Assembly: GCA_041751215.1 (NCBI GenBank)
Contig: JBGSXW010000005.1
Coordinates: 195,664-259,663 of the forward strand
DNA: 64,000 nucleotides
Direction of reading: 5' to 3'
Origin: Candidatus Saccharimonadales bacterium
GTDB taxonomy: Bacteria > Patescibacteriota > Saccharimonadia > Saccharimonadales > JBGSXW01
The position numbers and the translations under genes are program-made. Below are positions 43,537 through 52,927 of this stretch, piece by piece (positions within the stretch are counted from its first letter, which is position 1; every line of letters begins with the position of its first letter). Below the pieces are notes generated by a model. It was not told where the DNA came from and did not search any database. It was given only the letters and a program-made list of their open reading frames with translations.

Positions 43537-43851
43537 ATGGCACTAAAACTTACCGACCAAGACTTTAAAGACAAAACCGCCAAAGGGTTGGTGCTAGTTG
43601 AGTTTTGGGCAGATTGGTGCGCTCCTTGCCATGCGCTGGCTCCAATACTCGAACAGGTTGAAGAAGAAGTAAAAGACAAAGCGGTGATCGCTAAGCTTAA
43701 TGTTGATGTAAACCCTAAGACATCAATGGAACACCGAGTAACTTCGATTCCAACTGTTAAGCTTTTTAAAGACGGCGAAGTTGTCGAAGAATTTATCGGC
43801 GTAAACCCCAAGCCAACTTACATCGAGATGATTAAGAAGCACTCAAGCTAA
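43537..43851 (+). CDS. trxA: thioredoxin
   Basis: 104 aa with the WCAPC active site and canonical thioredoxin length. Confidence 0.9.
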   Translation: MALKLTDQDFKDKTAKGLVLVEFWADWCAPCHALAPILEQVEEEVKDKAVIAKLNVDVNPKTSMEHRVTSIPTVKLFKDGEVVEEFIGVNPKPTYIEMIKKHSS

Positions 43852-45500
43852 GACTTTTTGGTGTTTCTTTTAGATTCTGATTTTGATTTAGATTTCGGCT
43901 TGACGAGTTTTTGCTTACGCAGACCTAATAATCCAATTAACAAAACAGCTCCAATACTTAAGTAAGCAAAAATTTCGCCGGCCAGGGTATAAAAGCTAGT
44001 TTGATTAGACAGTTTTAAATCAGAGGTTATGAGCTCAACAGGCCTATCGGCGTTCTCTGAGCGGGCTAGCCAGCTTCCGTTGCGATCAAGTATGAAGCTG
44101 TTTCCTTGTGCGGCAGATTGAACAAACGGTTTGTTATTGGCGACAGCATGAAAGCGCGCCATCTGCATGGCCTGGTTAAAGTACTTCGAGTTCTTCCCGA
44201 ATGCAGCCAGCGAAGCGCTGTTAGTTAAAACATTTGGGTTTTGCTGAGCTAAACGCTGGTACTGAAATGGCGATACCACTCCAGAACAAATCAGCGCGCC
44301 AATTTTTAGCTGGTCTTGAATAAAGATTGTCTCAAACGAACTGCCCTTTTTGACTGCTCCTTGAACGTAGAACTCATTAACTAGCGACTGGTGGCCTAGC
44401 AGCGATAATGCCCACTCGGTTCCAATCGGTAAGTACTCGCTGCCAGGGCTCAGCAAAGACTTATCATTCCATGCGAGCTCCTGGCCTGATCGGTCATAAA
44501 AGAACTGTCGGTTAGTCGTTAAGCTCGATTCGTCACTTTGATAAGCTGAGCTAGAAATAATTACAGTATCCGGTTTAGTAATCAGGTACAGTGCTTGGTC
44601 GCGCTCGCGGGTCTCCTGCATCTCAAACAAGTTTAAATATTCTGGAGTTACCAATAAGTCTAGCTTCAAATCGGCTTCTTGGCTCTTTGCTTTTGCCAGC
44701 AGTCCTGGCATGTACTCCTCAAGCAGAGGCGAATTTAGTTGGATGGCTCCCGCTTTAATAACCGCCCCGTCGTTTCTGTAGGGCACCGTCGATACTAAAA
44801 CTAAAATCACGATTCCAGCAGCTGCTAAAAGTGCTGGCTTAAAATTGCGATTCAAAATTTCGAGTAAGCAAGCGTTAATAGCTACTACTAACAAGCTAAG
44901 TCCGTAAACTCCTACCGTTCTTGCGATAATCACTAATGGTGTGGCTGAGGAAAAAAATCCCAGAGCGCCAAAGCCCCAATGAGCTCCGACTAGTGAATCC
45001 GGAGACCAAACTAATAACGACGCCAAGAAGGCCCTCAGCCACTCGGTTGCAACCCAGCCAGAAGCAAAAACAAGGTAAAGTCTAAAGCTACTTTTTTTGG
45101 ACCATTTTTGCGAAATCGAGAGTATATAACTGAGCGCGAGCCAGCTTGTTGCGCTTAGGGCAATCGCTAAAATGTAAAAAACATACAGTAAAACGCGGGC
45201 CTCGGATCCCTCAACCGGAACCCAGGTCACCGGGTCTGAGTAGGGGATCCAAATTAATACGCCAGCAAAAAAAAGCGAGCCGCCCAAGAACATATGTAGG
45301 CGATCCCTTACTTGCCAGTCTTGTCTTTGTCGGCGCCGAACAAACTCAAGCATCGGAACTAATGCAAATAAGCTTATCCAACCGAGACTATAACTTTGTG
45401 CCGCTAGGGCTAATAAAATGGCCGATAGGTAAATAGGCCAATACGGTTTAAAAAAACCAGAGAGCCGCTTAAACGGCGTGGTTGTAGTTTGGCTTTTCAT
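43848..45500 (-). CDS. lnt: apolipoprotein N-acyltransferase-like protein (multi-TM N-domain plus carbon-nitrogen hydrolase domain)
   Basis: About 7 TM helices are followed by a CN-hydrolase-like domain with LLVTPEY (Glu) and GALICSG (Cys), then a C-terminal TM segment. The start is uncertain: ATG 45500 (MKSQTTT) is preferred and the tracked ORF extends to 45575. Confidence 0.55.
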   Translation of the reverse strand: MKSQTTTTPFKRLSGFFKPYWPIYLSAILLALAAQSYSLGWISLFALVPMLEFVRRRQRQDWQVRDRLHMFLGGSLFFAGVLIWIPYSDPVTWVPVEGSEARVLLYVFYILAIALSATSWLALSYILSISQKWSKKSSFRLYLVFASGWVATEWLRAFLASLLVWSPDSLVGAHWGFGALGFFSSATPLVIIARTVGVYGLSLLVVAINACLLEILNRNFKPALLAAAGIVILVLVSTVPYRNDGAVIKAGAIQLNSPLLEEYMPGLLAKAKSQEADLKLDLLVTPEYLNLFEMQETRERDQALYLITKPDTVIISSSAYQSDESSLTTNRQFFYDRSGQELAWNDKSLLSPGSEYLPIGTEWALSLLGHQSLVNEFYVQGAVKKGSSFETIFIQDQLKIGALICSGVVSPFQYQRLAQQNPNVLTNSASLAAFGKNSKYFNQAMQMARFHAVANNKPFVQSAAQGNSFILDRNGSWLARSENADRPVELITSDLKLSNQTSFYTLAGEIFAYLSIGAVLLIGLLGLRKQKLVKPKSKSKSESKRNTKKS

Positions 45501-45540
45501 GCTAATGTTAAGCATAAGCAAGCAGCATGCGTAAAGCAAC

Positions 45541-45771
45541 ATGAGAGACATTAAGCCACAGTCCAAAACTATCAACAGCGATGTAATTAAGCACAGTCAG
45601 CTTAATCGTCAGACCTTGAGTTCAATTGAACACGAGCATGGCGGTTCAGTTAAATCCAGCGGCACCAAGATTAGCCCCCAGGCCATTAAGCTAATTGCGC
45701 TTGGTGGAGCCCTGATAGCACTGATTATTTTGGTTGCTGTGGCTTGGATATTTATGAAGGTATTATTCTGA
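45541..45771 (+). CDS. small C-terminally anchored membrane protein
   Basis: 76 aa with a C-terminal TM segment (LIALGGALIALIILVAVAWIF). Its stop overlaps the next ATG (TGATG), suggesting translational coupling. Confidence 0.4.
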   Translation: MRDIKPQSKTINSDVIKHSQLNRQTLSSIEHEHGGSVKSSGTKISPQAIKLIALGGALIALIILVAVAWIFMKVLF

Positions 45772-46373
45772 TGGATAAGGAGCGTTTCTTTCTTACCGAT
45801 TTGTTGGCGTCTAGCACCGGGGCTATATTTGTTTCTGGTTTGATCAGTGTTTTGCTGCCGATTTTTGTCTTGTGGGACGGAATCAATCAACGCTACATAA
45901 GTCAGGGCCTAATTGCCTTTGAAGTTAAAGCTGGCGACACCTCGGAGTTGCTTTTTGCTTACATTCCAAAAGAAGCACTAGGGACTATTAGTACGGCGAT
46001 TTTTTGGGGCCTGGCTGCAATGCTCGGCATCTTTATTGTTTGGATAGTAGAGTCAACGTATCGGCGAATTGTTTCAGTGTTAACTGTCGCGGCAGATTAC
46101 GAAAACAAATCACTTGGCTATATGGGTGAGGTTGCAAAGCTACTTATTGAGCGCATTGTTGTTGCAATTGTTGCAATGGGAGCACTGCTAGTTGTTTTGA
46201 AGTTAGTGATTCCTAAAATAATATCGCTCATTAGTCTTAGCTTACTTGCGAGTGAGGTCACGGTTTTTAGCGTATTGCTCACGCTATTTTGGATAGCGAT
46301 GCTTTGGCTGCTGTTGGTTGCCAGTTGGCTGATCGCAAAATTAACGTTTCAGAGCGTGAGCGCTGACGTTTAG
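45771..46373 (+). CDS. hypothetical polytopic membrane protein
   Basis: About 200 aa with 5-6 TM segments. ATG 45771 is preferred over TTG 45744. Confidence 0.5.
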   Translation: MDKERFFLTDLLASSTGAIFVSGLISVLLPIFVLWDGINQRYISQGLIAFEVKAGDTSELLFAYIPKEALGTISTAIFWGLAAMLGIFIVWIVESTYRRIVSVLTVAADYENKSLGYMGEVAKLLIERIVVAIVAMGALLVVLKLVIPKIISLISLSLLASEVTVFSVLLTLFWIAMLWLLLVASWLIAKLTFQSVSADV

Positions 46374-46385
46374 TTTATAGTTTGG

Positions 46386-47069
46386 CTAAAGGGGATAAAA
46401 TCTAAACAGCGCAGAGCCTTGGATTAGTTCAAGTGGCACAGTTCCTAGTCCGGTTCGTGAATCGTATGACCCGCCCGGCGAGCGGTTGTCGCCGGCAACA
46501 AAGATGTGATCAGCCGGAACAAACGTCTCGGCGTCGCCAGTTAGAGGGTGCTTTAGCTGGTCTAGGTAAGCTTCATCTGGATTAAATCCATCAGGGTTAG
46601 CATCGTTATAGACAGTGACAACTCCGCCCCTTAAGACTACTCGCTCGTCGGGGAGTCCGATCACTCGTTTTACAAATTGCTCGTCTGGGTTTTCTGGACT
46701 AATAAAGGTTATGATTTCGCCGCGCTTGGGTATAAAAGTCGAGCCAGTTATCGAAGAAATAGTTCGACCAAAAGCGTTTATGATCAATCGATCGCCGTCC
46801 TCATAAGTCGTTAACATGCTAGTGCCGTCTACCTGGTAGGTTCTTAAGCCCCACTGCAGCAGCGCGACAAAAAATAGCAAGATAAGCACCAAGAAGCCCA
46901 GATATTTTACAAGAGCAGACAGCAGGGTCGGCTCAACATTGCTGATTGTACCTACAGCTCCATCTGCATCTGGGCTGATCTTAGTAAAAGCATCGTAGGC
47001 TTCTGGTCGAATGTGGATGGAGCCGTCGTTGTCGTGTGATGGTTGTTGGTTGGGTTGTGGTGAATCCAT
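46386..47069 (-). CDS. lepB: signal peptidase I
   Basis: GTSMLTT carries the catalytic Ser and VKRVIGLPDERV the Lys box. GDNRSPGGSYDSR is also present. One N-terminal TM segment. Confidence 0.85.
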   Translation of the reverse strand: MDSPQPNQQPSHDNDGSIHIRPEAYDAFTKISPDADGAVGTISNVEPTLLSALVKYLGFLVLILLFFVALLQWGLRTYQVDGTSMLTTYEDGDRLIINAFGRTISSITGSTFIPKRGEIITFISPENPDEQFVKRVIGLPDERVVLRGGVVTVYNDANPDGFNPDEAYLDQLKHPLTGDAETFVPADHIFVAGDNRSPGGSYDSRTGLGTVPLELIQGSALFRFYPL

Positions 47070-47188
47070 ATCATAAGGATGATAGCACTCTTGAGGTTAT
47101 TCTGCTTGCGCTTAGAGTCCAGTCGTGGTTTACTGATGGCATATTGTAAAAATAAACACAAAATAAAACACAAAAAGGGGAAACTCTA

Positions 47189-47797
47189 ATGCCCGCCAAA
47201 AAAAAGCCAGAAACAAGCAAAACTGCTAAGAAGCAGCCAGCACCTACATTAAAGTCATCAAACAAGAATAAACTTCTATTAGCAGTCGTAGTATTAGCGG
47301 TTGCGTTAGTGGCTGGATTCTTTGTTTACAGAAGCCAAGCAGCTACTCACGTAGCTACAGTGGTGGCAACCAACTCGCTTACTTCAGAACGCAATATCAC
47401 AAAGTATAGAAACGGGGCGTTCAGGAAATTATCTGCGAACTTAGGTAAAAGCGCTGTTGATGTTGTGTGGATAAAAAAGGGGTATGATTTTTGGATGATC
47501 GCTCCGACATCAACCGATGGACGGCACAAGGCCTGCTTCGAGCTCTTTCTTTCTAAAAAGGCAACCCAGGTTAGACTTGATGTATACAGGCAGCAAACGG
47601 CCACAAATAATTTTCAGCCTTCGCCTTATATCCTAACGTTCAACGATCCCACGAAGACAATACCGGCTAAAAAGACTCTTCAGACTCACTGTGTTGAGTT
47701 CTACTCAAATATCAAAAATACTAAAGCGTATTATGGTGTCGTGACACCTATTGGCGGCAACGTTAACGTGCGCAAAGTAACCGTAATAAAGCTTTAG
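47189..47797 (+). CDS. secreted/anchored protein of unknown function, tandem family member 1
   Basis: A Lys-rich N-tail and a TM/signal segment end in YRSQAATHVATVVA. Conserved Cys residues are KACFELF and THCVEF. The C-terminus is RKVTVIKL. Confidence 0.6.
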   Translation: MPAKKKPETSKTAKKQPAPTLKSSNKNKLLLAVVVLAVALVAGFFVYRSQAATHVATVVATNSLTSERNITKYRNGAFRKLSANLGKSAVDVVWIKKGYDFWMIAPTSTDGRHKACFELFLSKKATQVRLDVYRQQTATNNFQPSPYILTFNDPTKTIPAKKTLQTHCVEFYSNIKNTKAYYGVVTPIGGNVNVRKVTVIKL

Positions 47798-47806
47798 GGA
47801 ATAGCC

Positions 47807-48355
47807 ATGGCTAACAAAAAAACCAAAAACATTTCTTTACCCAAAAACCGCAAGAAAATCTTGATCTTAATATCAATTCTGCTGGTATCGCTAGTTGGTA
47901 CATTCTTTTTATATCGCAGCCAGGCGGCAACGCATGTTGCGACTATAGTTGCATACCACAATTTTCCGGGCCATCTTAATAGCAAGTATTATCGACCCGT
48001 AACTATTCCGGTAGGCAAGAGCACCGATAAAGCGGTCTGGATAGCTAAAAGTACTACGGCGTACAATACCGGATTCAGCATTAAAAGTGGTGTTAAGTTT
48101 TCATCAGGGGTTTCCTACCGAGCCTGCTTTCAGTTCTACAACAAGAATCCCAATACCATTTTGCTTACAGTTAGCGATGGAGATTACGTTAGGCGTGAAG
48201 TCAATCGGGTCACAGTGAATACTCAGGGTAGCCCAAGTATCCAACAGCGATGCATGGACTTTAGACTTAGCAATCCCAGTTCTGAATTATGGTTTAAGCA
48301 CAAACCACTTGCCTATAACGGGATTTTCTATAAAGTAACCGTAATCAAACTCTAA
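47807..48355 (+). CDS. tandem family member 2
   Basis: The N-terminus is MANKKTKNISLPKNRKKILILISILLVSLVGTFFLYRSQAATHVATIVA. Also RACFQFY, QRCMDF and a C-terminal YKVTVIKL. Confidence 0.6.
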   Translation: MANKKTKNISLPKNRKKILILISILLVSLVGTFFLYRSQAATHVATIVAYHNFPGHLNSKYYRPVTIPVGKSTDKAVWIAKSTTAYNTGFSIKSGVKFSSGVSYRACFQFYNKNPNTILLTVSDGDYVRREVNRVTVNTQGSPSIQQRCMDFRLSNPSSELWFKHKPLAYNGIFYKVTVIKL

Positions 48356-48364
48356 GTAACAACC

Positions 48365-48919
48365 ATGGCTAACAAAAAAACTAACAAGATCTCTTTACCC
48401 CGAAATCGTAATAAAATTCTTGTTATCGCAACAATTCTGTTGGTATCCGTAGTCGGTACGTTCCTGGTATATCGCAGCCAAGCAGCAACGCATGTTGTAA
48501 CTATCGTGGCGAAAGATCAGGCAACTACCCTAGATGGTTACGGTAGCACTGTTAAACTCTTCACAATTCCTGCGGGCAAAGGTACCTTGCCCGGACTCTG
48601 GGTCAAGAAAGGAAAAGGCGTAGGCCTAAGCCACCAAGCTTCTTATGCCAAAGGCGCTACATATCAAGCCTGCTTTGCGCTATATAACACCAAAGACAAT
48701 AAAGTTAGGCTAAAGGTCACAGGATGGAATGGTACTGGCTATAATTCAGACATCGTTGACTTATCTGAACGGATAATCAGCATAGCTGGGCAGAAGAATA
48801 AAACCCAAAGTCACTGCGTTAAATTCAAGCCAGACCAACCTTATTCGCGGGTCATGCTTGGGTATGAGCCACTTGGAATGAATGGAGTTATTCATAAAGT
48901 AACGGTCATCAAACACTAA
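48365..48919 (+). CDS. tandem family member 3
   Basis: The N-terminal 49 aa are about 80% identical to member 2. Also QACFALY, SHCVKF and a C-terminal HKVTVIKH. Confidence 0.6.
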   Translation: MANKKTNKISLPRNRNKILVIATILLVSVVGTFLVYRSQAATHVVTIVAKDQATTLDGYGSTVKLFTIPAGKGTLPGLWVKKGKGVGLSHQASYAKGATYQACFALYNTKDNKVRLKVTGWNGTGYNSDIVDLSERIISIAGQKNKTQSHCVKFKPDQPYSRVMLGYEPLGMNGVIHKVTVIKH

Positions 48920-48931
48920 GAGGAAATAATT

Positions 48932-49516
48932 ATGCCAAGCAAAAAAAACAGCAAGCCCAAGGCAACTCCAAAGACATCCGCTTCAAGCCCAAAATTAAAT
49001 GTTAATAGGGCAACCAAGCAGAAAATACTGATGACGGTAGTTGTACTTCTAGTAGCACTAACAGCGGGACTGTTCGTGTACAGGAGTCAGGCAGCCGCTG
49101 GTGACATCAAGCGTTCCGCCCCACAAATGAACGGGGGAGTTTGTGTCTATGTTAACACCGGTAAAAGCTACAAGTGCATAGAGCGCACCCTGGTAAGACC
49201 GGTAAGCGTAACGATACCTGTTTATAGCGGCAGTAACGGCTCGGCCAAAAAAGTTTGTATTAACGGACGGGATGCGCGCAACGTGATTAACAAAATCCAT
49301 GCCAGTCTTTCAATCCGAAACGGAGTAAACCGAGGCTATGACGACGGAGTAAATGTTCGTTCGGGCTGGGTGCAAAGCTGGAGCTTTGGTTTGCCATCAG
49401 GAACTTCATACGTAACTCTTAAATTTGCTGGTACAAAATCTGGTGGATCAGACAGTTTAGCTCGCATACGCGATGTTGTAATCCGCAATACAAGCAAAGC
49501 CGGCTGTCAGCCGTAA
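48932..49516 (+). CDS. tandem family member 4 (divergent)
   Basis: It has the same N-tail/TM layout ending in VYRSQAAAG. The body differs and carries 4 Cys, ending in VVIRNTSKAGCQP. Confidence 0.5.
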   Translation: MPSKKNSKPKATPKTSASSPKLNVNRATKQKILMTVVVLLVALTAGLFVYRSQAAAGDIKRSAPQMNGGVCVYVNTGKSYKCIERTLVRPVSVTIPVYSGSNGSAKKVCINGRDARNVINKIHASLSIRNGVNRGYDDGVNVRSGWVQSWSFGLPSGTSYVTLKFAGTKSGGSDSLARIRDVVIRNTSKAGCQP

Positions 49517-49517
49517 A

Positions 49518-50102
49518 CTAAATCCTATCAATTTTTTGCTGGTGCTTATTGCTTGGTTTTGAGTAGGTTTTATAGACAATAAATACCGAAAGCAACACAA
49601 CATATAGCGGAAACAGAACTGTCTCGGCGTTGTAAGTGGTAAGCGACATCAAGCCTAACACACCAGATAACACCGCAATCGCCCAAAAGCTGCGAGACTC
49701 AGAAGTCGGATCAATAGTAAGTTTTCTGATTGTTAAGGTTGCCCCAATACCGTCAATGAAGAGCGCCAACAACAGACTAACTAACACGCCTTCTAGTACA
49801 AACAGCAAGACAAAGGCCGCTAAAGCCAGCACCAGAGAGTAGATGTCGAATCGGCTTTTGCCGCCCACCCCGTACTTTAGTGACAGTAGCAAGATAATTC
49901 CGGGTCCGATTAGTTCTCCGAACGTCATTAGGATCGCACCGTCCTCAAAGACGGCAGAAAAAAAGTAGGTTCCACCAAGCAAGGTCCACAATAGCCAAGA
50001 AATTCTCTCAGGTCTGGCTTGACCTTTTAGAATCTCGAATACGTAGGGAATATTGGCTGATAACGATGCAATTAGCGCTGCTACCGCTAAGGCTTCTTTC
50101 AT
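49518..50102 (-). CDS. hypothetical polytopic membrane protein
   Basis: 194 aa with about 6 TM segments. No family recognised. Confidence 0.5.
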   Translation of the reverse strand: MKEALAVAALIASLSANIPYVFEILKGQARPERISWLLWTLLGGTYFFSAVFEDGAILMTFGELIGPGIILLLSLKYGVGGKSRFDIYSLVLALAAFVLLFVLEGVLVSLLLALFIDGIGATLTIRKLTIDPTSESRSFWAIAVLSGVLGLMSLTTYNAETVLFPLYVVLLSVFIVYKTYSKPSNKHQQKIDRI

Positions 50103-50169
50103 GCGTTTAGTCTAGCATCTAAAGACGGCACTTAAAAAAGTGCCGTCTTGTGCCCATTTCGCTACCTGA

Positions 50170-50739
50170 CTATTTCTTGTCTTGACTGCCCTTGACGGCC
50201 GATTCTACGGCGTCGCGTGGTAAGGAAGCTGCTGAGAGCAGAGCTTCTCGAACTGTATCTATCGCATCGCCACCCACGCTGGTTGCGGCGTCTAAAGCGC
50301 CACCAACTGCGGATTTGGCTGCTTCTGAAGTATCGCCGCCAACATCACCGGCTGCCTTAACAGCACCCTGGACGGCGGCTACAGCTGCCGTACCAATGTC
50401 ACCACCGGTGTCGGCAGTTCCTTTTACAATACCTTCGGCACCGCCGCGTACTGCGTCGATTACATCACCGCCAACTTGGCTGACACCGTTTACGATGCCG
50501 CTCATAGTGCTGGTTGCCGTGTCAGTTAGTGATGAACCAACATCACCGGCACCCTTAATTGCGCCGCTGGCAACCGATGCGATTGCTTCGACTCCAGACC
50601 CGCCGATCTCGCCTGTACCTTTTAGTACATTAACGACTTGGTCTTTTACGCTACCAGTAATTGCGTCTAAAATATTATCTACACCCGTAACTGCTGTAGT
50701 TACTGCGTTTGCTGTCTCTTCGATTATTTTTGCAAGCAT
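50170..50739 (-). CDS. Gly/Ala/Val/Asp-rich tandem-repeat protein
   Basis: 189 aa with no signal peptide. Repeats of about 19-27 aa are of the type GGD(V/I)..A(V)..GA..(I/V)KG(A/T). AAGGGGG SD 4 nt upstream. The opposite-strand ORF 50192..50806 is its mirror image. Confidence 0.55.
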   Translation of the reverse strand: MLAKIIEETANAVTTAVTGVDNILDAITGSVKDQVVNVLKGTGEIGGSGVEAIASVASGAIKGAGDVGSSLTDTATSTMSGIVNGVSQVGGDVIDAVRGGAEGIVKGTADTGGDIGTAAVAAVQGAVKAAGDVGGDTSEAAKSAVGGALDAATSVGGDAIDTVREALLSAASLPRDAVESAVKGSQDKK

Positions 50740-50850
50740 CTTGCCCCCTTTGGCTAGTTTGTATTCGTACCTCTATTTTAACATGGGCTACAAGAAGGGT
50801 TATTAGAGGGGGTATCGCCTAGAACTAAAGGACTTTAATTGAAGCCTTTA

Positions 50851-51390
50851 TTATTTAGCCCGAACACCACTCGGCTTGATTACCCACCACAGACCTCCAT
50901 GGGTGCTGATGTTGTGGCACTCTACCTCTCCCGGCCCCTCATGGGCGTAGTAGTAGAGAGGGTGGCCGTTGTATGTAACCTGAGTGCTGCCGTCAGTGCG
51001 TTTGGTGGTGCCAAGCAAGTCAGCCTTGACGCTACCCGTTGCACGTGGTGCTCCGTTTGTAAGTACAGGTGGCCAGGCTTTGGCACAGTCCCCATAACAC
51101 TCAGCTTTGCTTGACTCTTCTACTTCCCAGATGTAGATGGCCTGCTGTTCATCGTTAAACAGCATCGGACCAAACTCACTGTCGCTAGTGGTTATGACTG
51201 TTCCGGTTGCTTCTTTCTTTTCTTCAGGCTCATTCTCTTGCGGCTCTTCGGTAGTTTCCTGGCTGCTTACAGGTTCACTGCTATCAGTGTTTGCTTGGTA
51301 TAAGAAATACCCAGCACCGGCAATTCCGATCACAGAGACAATCACAACCAACAAGACCAAACCAAAGCCGTTCTCGCTTTTGAGTATCAT
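50851..51390 (-). CDS. secreted-repeat protein (COG4315/lipoprotein_15-like), membrane-anchored
   Basis: The start is set at MILKSENGFGLVLLVVIVSVIG. CYGDCAKAWPP and QVTYNGHPLYYYAHEGPGE...GGLWWVIKPSG match the Y-x-Y-x-x-D secreted-repeat family pattern. Confidence 0.6.
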   Translation of the reverse strand: MILKSENGFGLVLLVVIVSVIGIAGAGYFLYQANTDSSEPVSSQETTEEPQENEPEEKKEATGTVITTSDSEFGPMLFNDEQQAIYIWEVEESSKAECYGDCAKAWPPVLTNGAPRATGSVKADLLGTTKRTDGSTQVTYNGHPLYYYAHEGPGEVECHNISTHGGLWWVIKPSGVRAK

Positions 51391-51480
51391 GAACTGATTA
51401 TATAACATAAGCATCAAAGCCGGGGCAGGATAAATCTCAGCGGCAGTAAGTGTGGCTCGGCAGGATAGTACAATGTATGT

Positions 51481-51945
51481 ATGACCGAGTTTGAAAACGA
51501 ATTTGTAGAAGCTGCACGCTCTCACTTAGGTGAGCCATTTTTGCACCATTTTATTCCAGAAGATTTATGTGATCGTGGTGCTAGGACTGAGGATGACTGT
51601 ATGGAACGTGGTTTGGGCGAGGATGGCTTTGATTGTAGTGGGCTGGTGGTTGTAAGTGCCTGCGAAGTCTTGGGAGTTAACGCAAGCGATTGGCCGCGCG
51701 AGTTCAGACACGCGAGACAGCTCGAGAGCTTAGCCGAAGAAAGGGAGCCAAACTTTGGCGAGGTAGGCCTGTTCTACTCGGCAAAGAGCCCCTACCCCCA
51801 CATGGGAATCTTGGTCACTAAACGAAGCATTATACATGCAGACGGACTTGACCCAAGAATGGTAGTGGAGCGTGAAGTCGCTGGAGGAGTTACGGCAGTT
51901 AAAGCAATCTCTACCTCTAGCCTTTTGGAGGCGGGGAGCAAGTAG
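51481..51945 (+). CDS. NlpC/P60 (C40) family peptidase-like protein, no signal peptide
   Basis: GFDCSGLVV carries the catalytic Cys, with PHMGILV (His) and IIHAD also present. Confidence 0.65.
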   Translation: MTEFENEFVEAARSHLGEPFLHHFIPEDLCDRGARTEDDCMERGLGEDGFDCSGLVVVSACEVLGVNASDWPREFRHARQLESLAEEREPNFGEVGLFYSAKSPYPHMGILVTKRSIIHADGLDPRMVVEREVAGGVTAVKAISTSSLLEAGSK

Positions 51946-52049
51946 GGCCTGGTTTGGGGCAGGATGAACCTGCGGTCCGTTTCCTCGCATGCTCGAACCC
52001 ATACTGGTCTATGCTTAACTTAAGCATGCTTATTAACTAGATCGCTAGA

Positions 52050-52337
52050 GTGTGGAAGTTTGCTAAAGTAGAGTACATGGGATTGTTTAGAAAAAAATAT
52101 CGCGCAGAAGGTTGTCATGTGTGTGGAGGCGAGCTGTCAAAGGTCGGAAACTACACTAATATGATTTTATCTGGAGTCAAGGACCCAAAAGTGTTCGACG
52201 AGTCTTATGGTATGAAGTGCGCAAAACACAGCTCTGAGCTGACAGACCTCATCATGAGCGAGGGAAAAATTAATGAAGCAGAATTCGAGGAAGCATTTAA
52301 GCAAGCCGAAAAACTAGCATACAAAGATATGGTTTAG
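52050..52337 (+). CDS. hypothetical small protein
   Basis: 95 aa with a CHVCGG...C..H pattern. The start is uncertain. Confidence 0.4.
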   Translation: MWKFAKVEYMGLFRKKYRAEGCHVCGGELSKVGNYTNMILSGVKDPKVFDESYGMKCAKHSSELTDLIMSEGKINEAEFEEAFKQAEKLAYKDMV

Positions 52338-52524
52338 CTTGTAGGGGGTACTTATTAGCGCGTGTTCTTCGCGAACTCGCTTGCGGAGGCAGGAGCGTGC
52401 TTGCTAACGCTCGCACTTCTTCCTGCGGTACTCGGCAAAGCTAAAAACAAGTTTTCGCTTTGGCCTGTGTTCCTCGTTCGCCGAACCTACGGTTCGGTTC
52501 CTGCCCACGATGCCGAGTGCAAAT

Positions 52525-52548
52525 GAAAAAACCACCCGTAAAGGGTGG
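52525..52548 (-). terminator. Rho-independent terminator downstream of tRNA-fMet
   Basis: The minus strand reads CCACCC-TTTAC-GGGTGG followed by TTTTTTC. It is nested in a larger inverted repeat, GTGCAAATG...CATTTGCAC. Confidence 0.7.
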
Positions 52549-52561
52549 ATCCATTTGCACT

Positions 52562-52636
<75 letters not shown>

Positions 52637-52695
52637 TTACTTGTGCTGCAAGTTACCGTAACAGACATAATTACCCCTGTCAATAAGGTAGGTGG

Positions 52696-52926
52696 CTAGC
52701 TGTTTACTCGCCAGTTTCCGTTACCGTCTCTTTCGTACACCTGCTTCACTGCTCCCCAGGCTACTTTGTGAGCTGTGGTCTCTAGATCTTCGTCTTCGCG
52801 GCGTTTAGAAGAACTTTTATATTGCTCTAACGCACTGTTATAGGCTTTCCTATAAATTTCCTGCGCCTTAACTGGTAGTGAATTTCTAACGCCCCGCGGC
52901 AGTTGAGTAATTTTTTGATAAGGCAT
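52696..52926 (-). CDS. ChaB family protein
   Basis: 76 aa. LPVKAQEIYRKAYNSALEQY...AHKVAWGAVKQVYERDGNGNW matches the ChaB domain pattern. Confidence 0.7.
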   Translation of the reverse strand: MPYQKITQLPRGVRNSLPVKAQEIYRKAYNSALEQYKSSSKRREDEDLETTAHKVAWGAVKQVYERDGNGNWRVNS

Positions 52927-52927
52927 T

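Noticed and set aside
50192-50806. 204-aa Pro/Ser/Thr/Ala-rich ORF on the + strand.
   Set aside because: It is a mirror frame of the repeat protein gene on the minus strand. That gene has the SD, whereas the + frame has no initiation signals.
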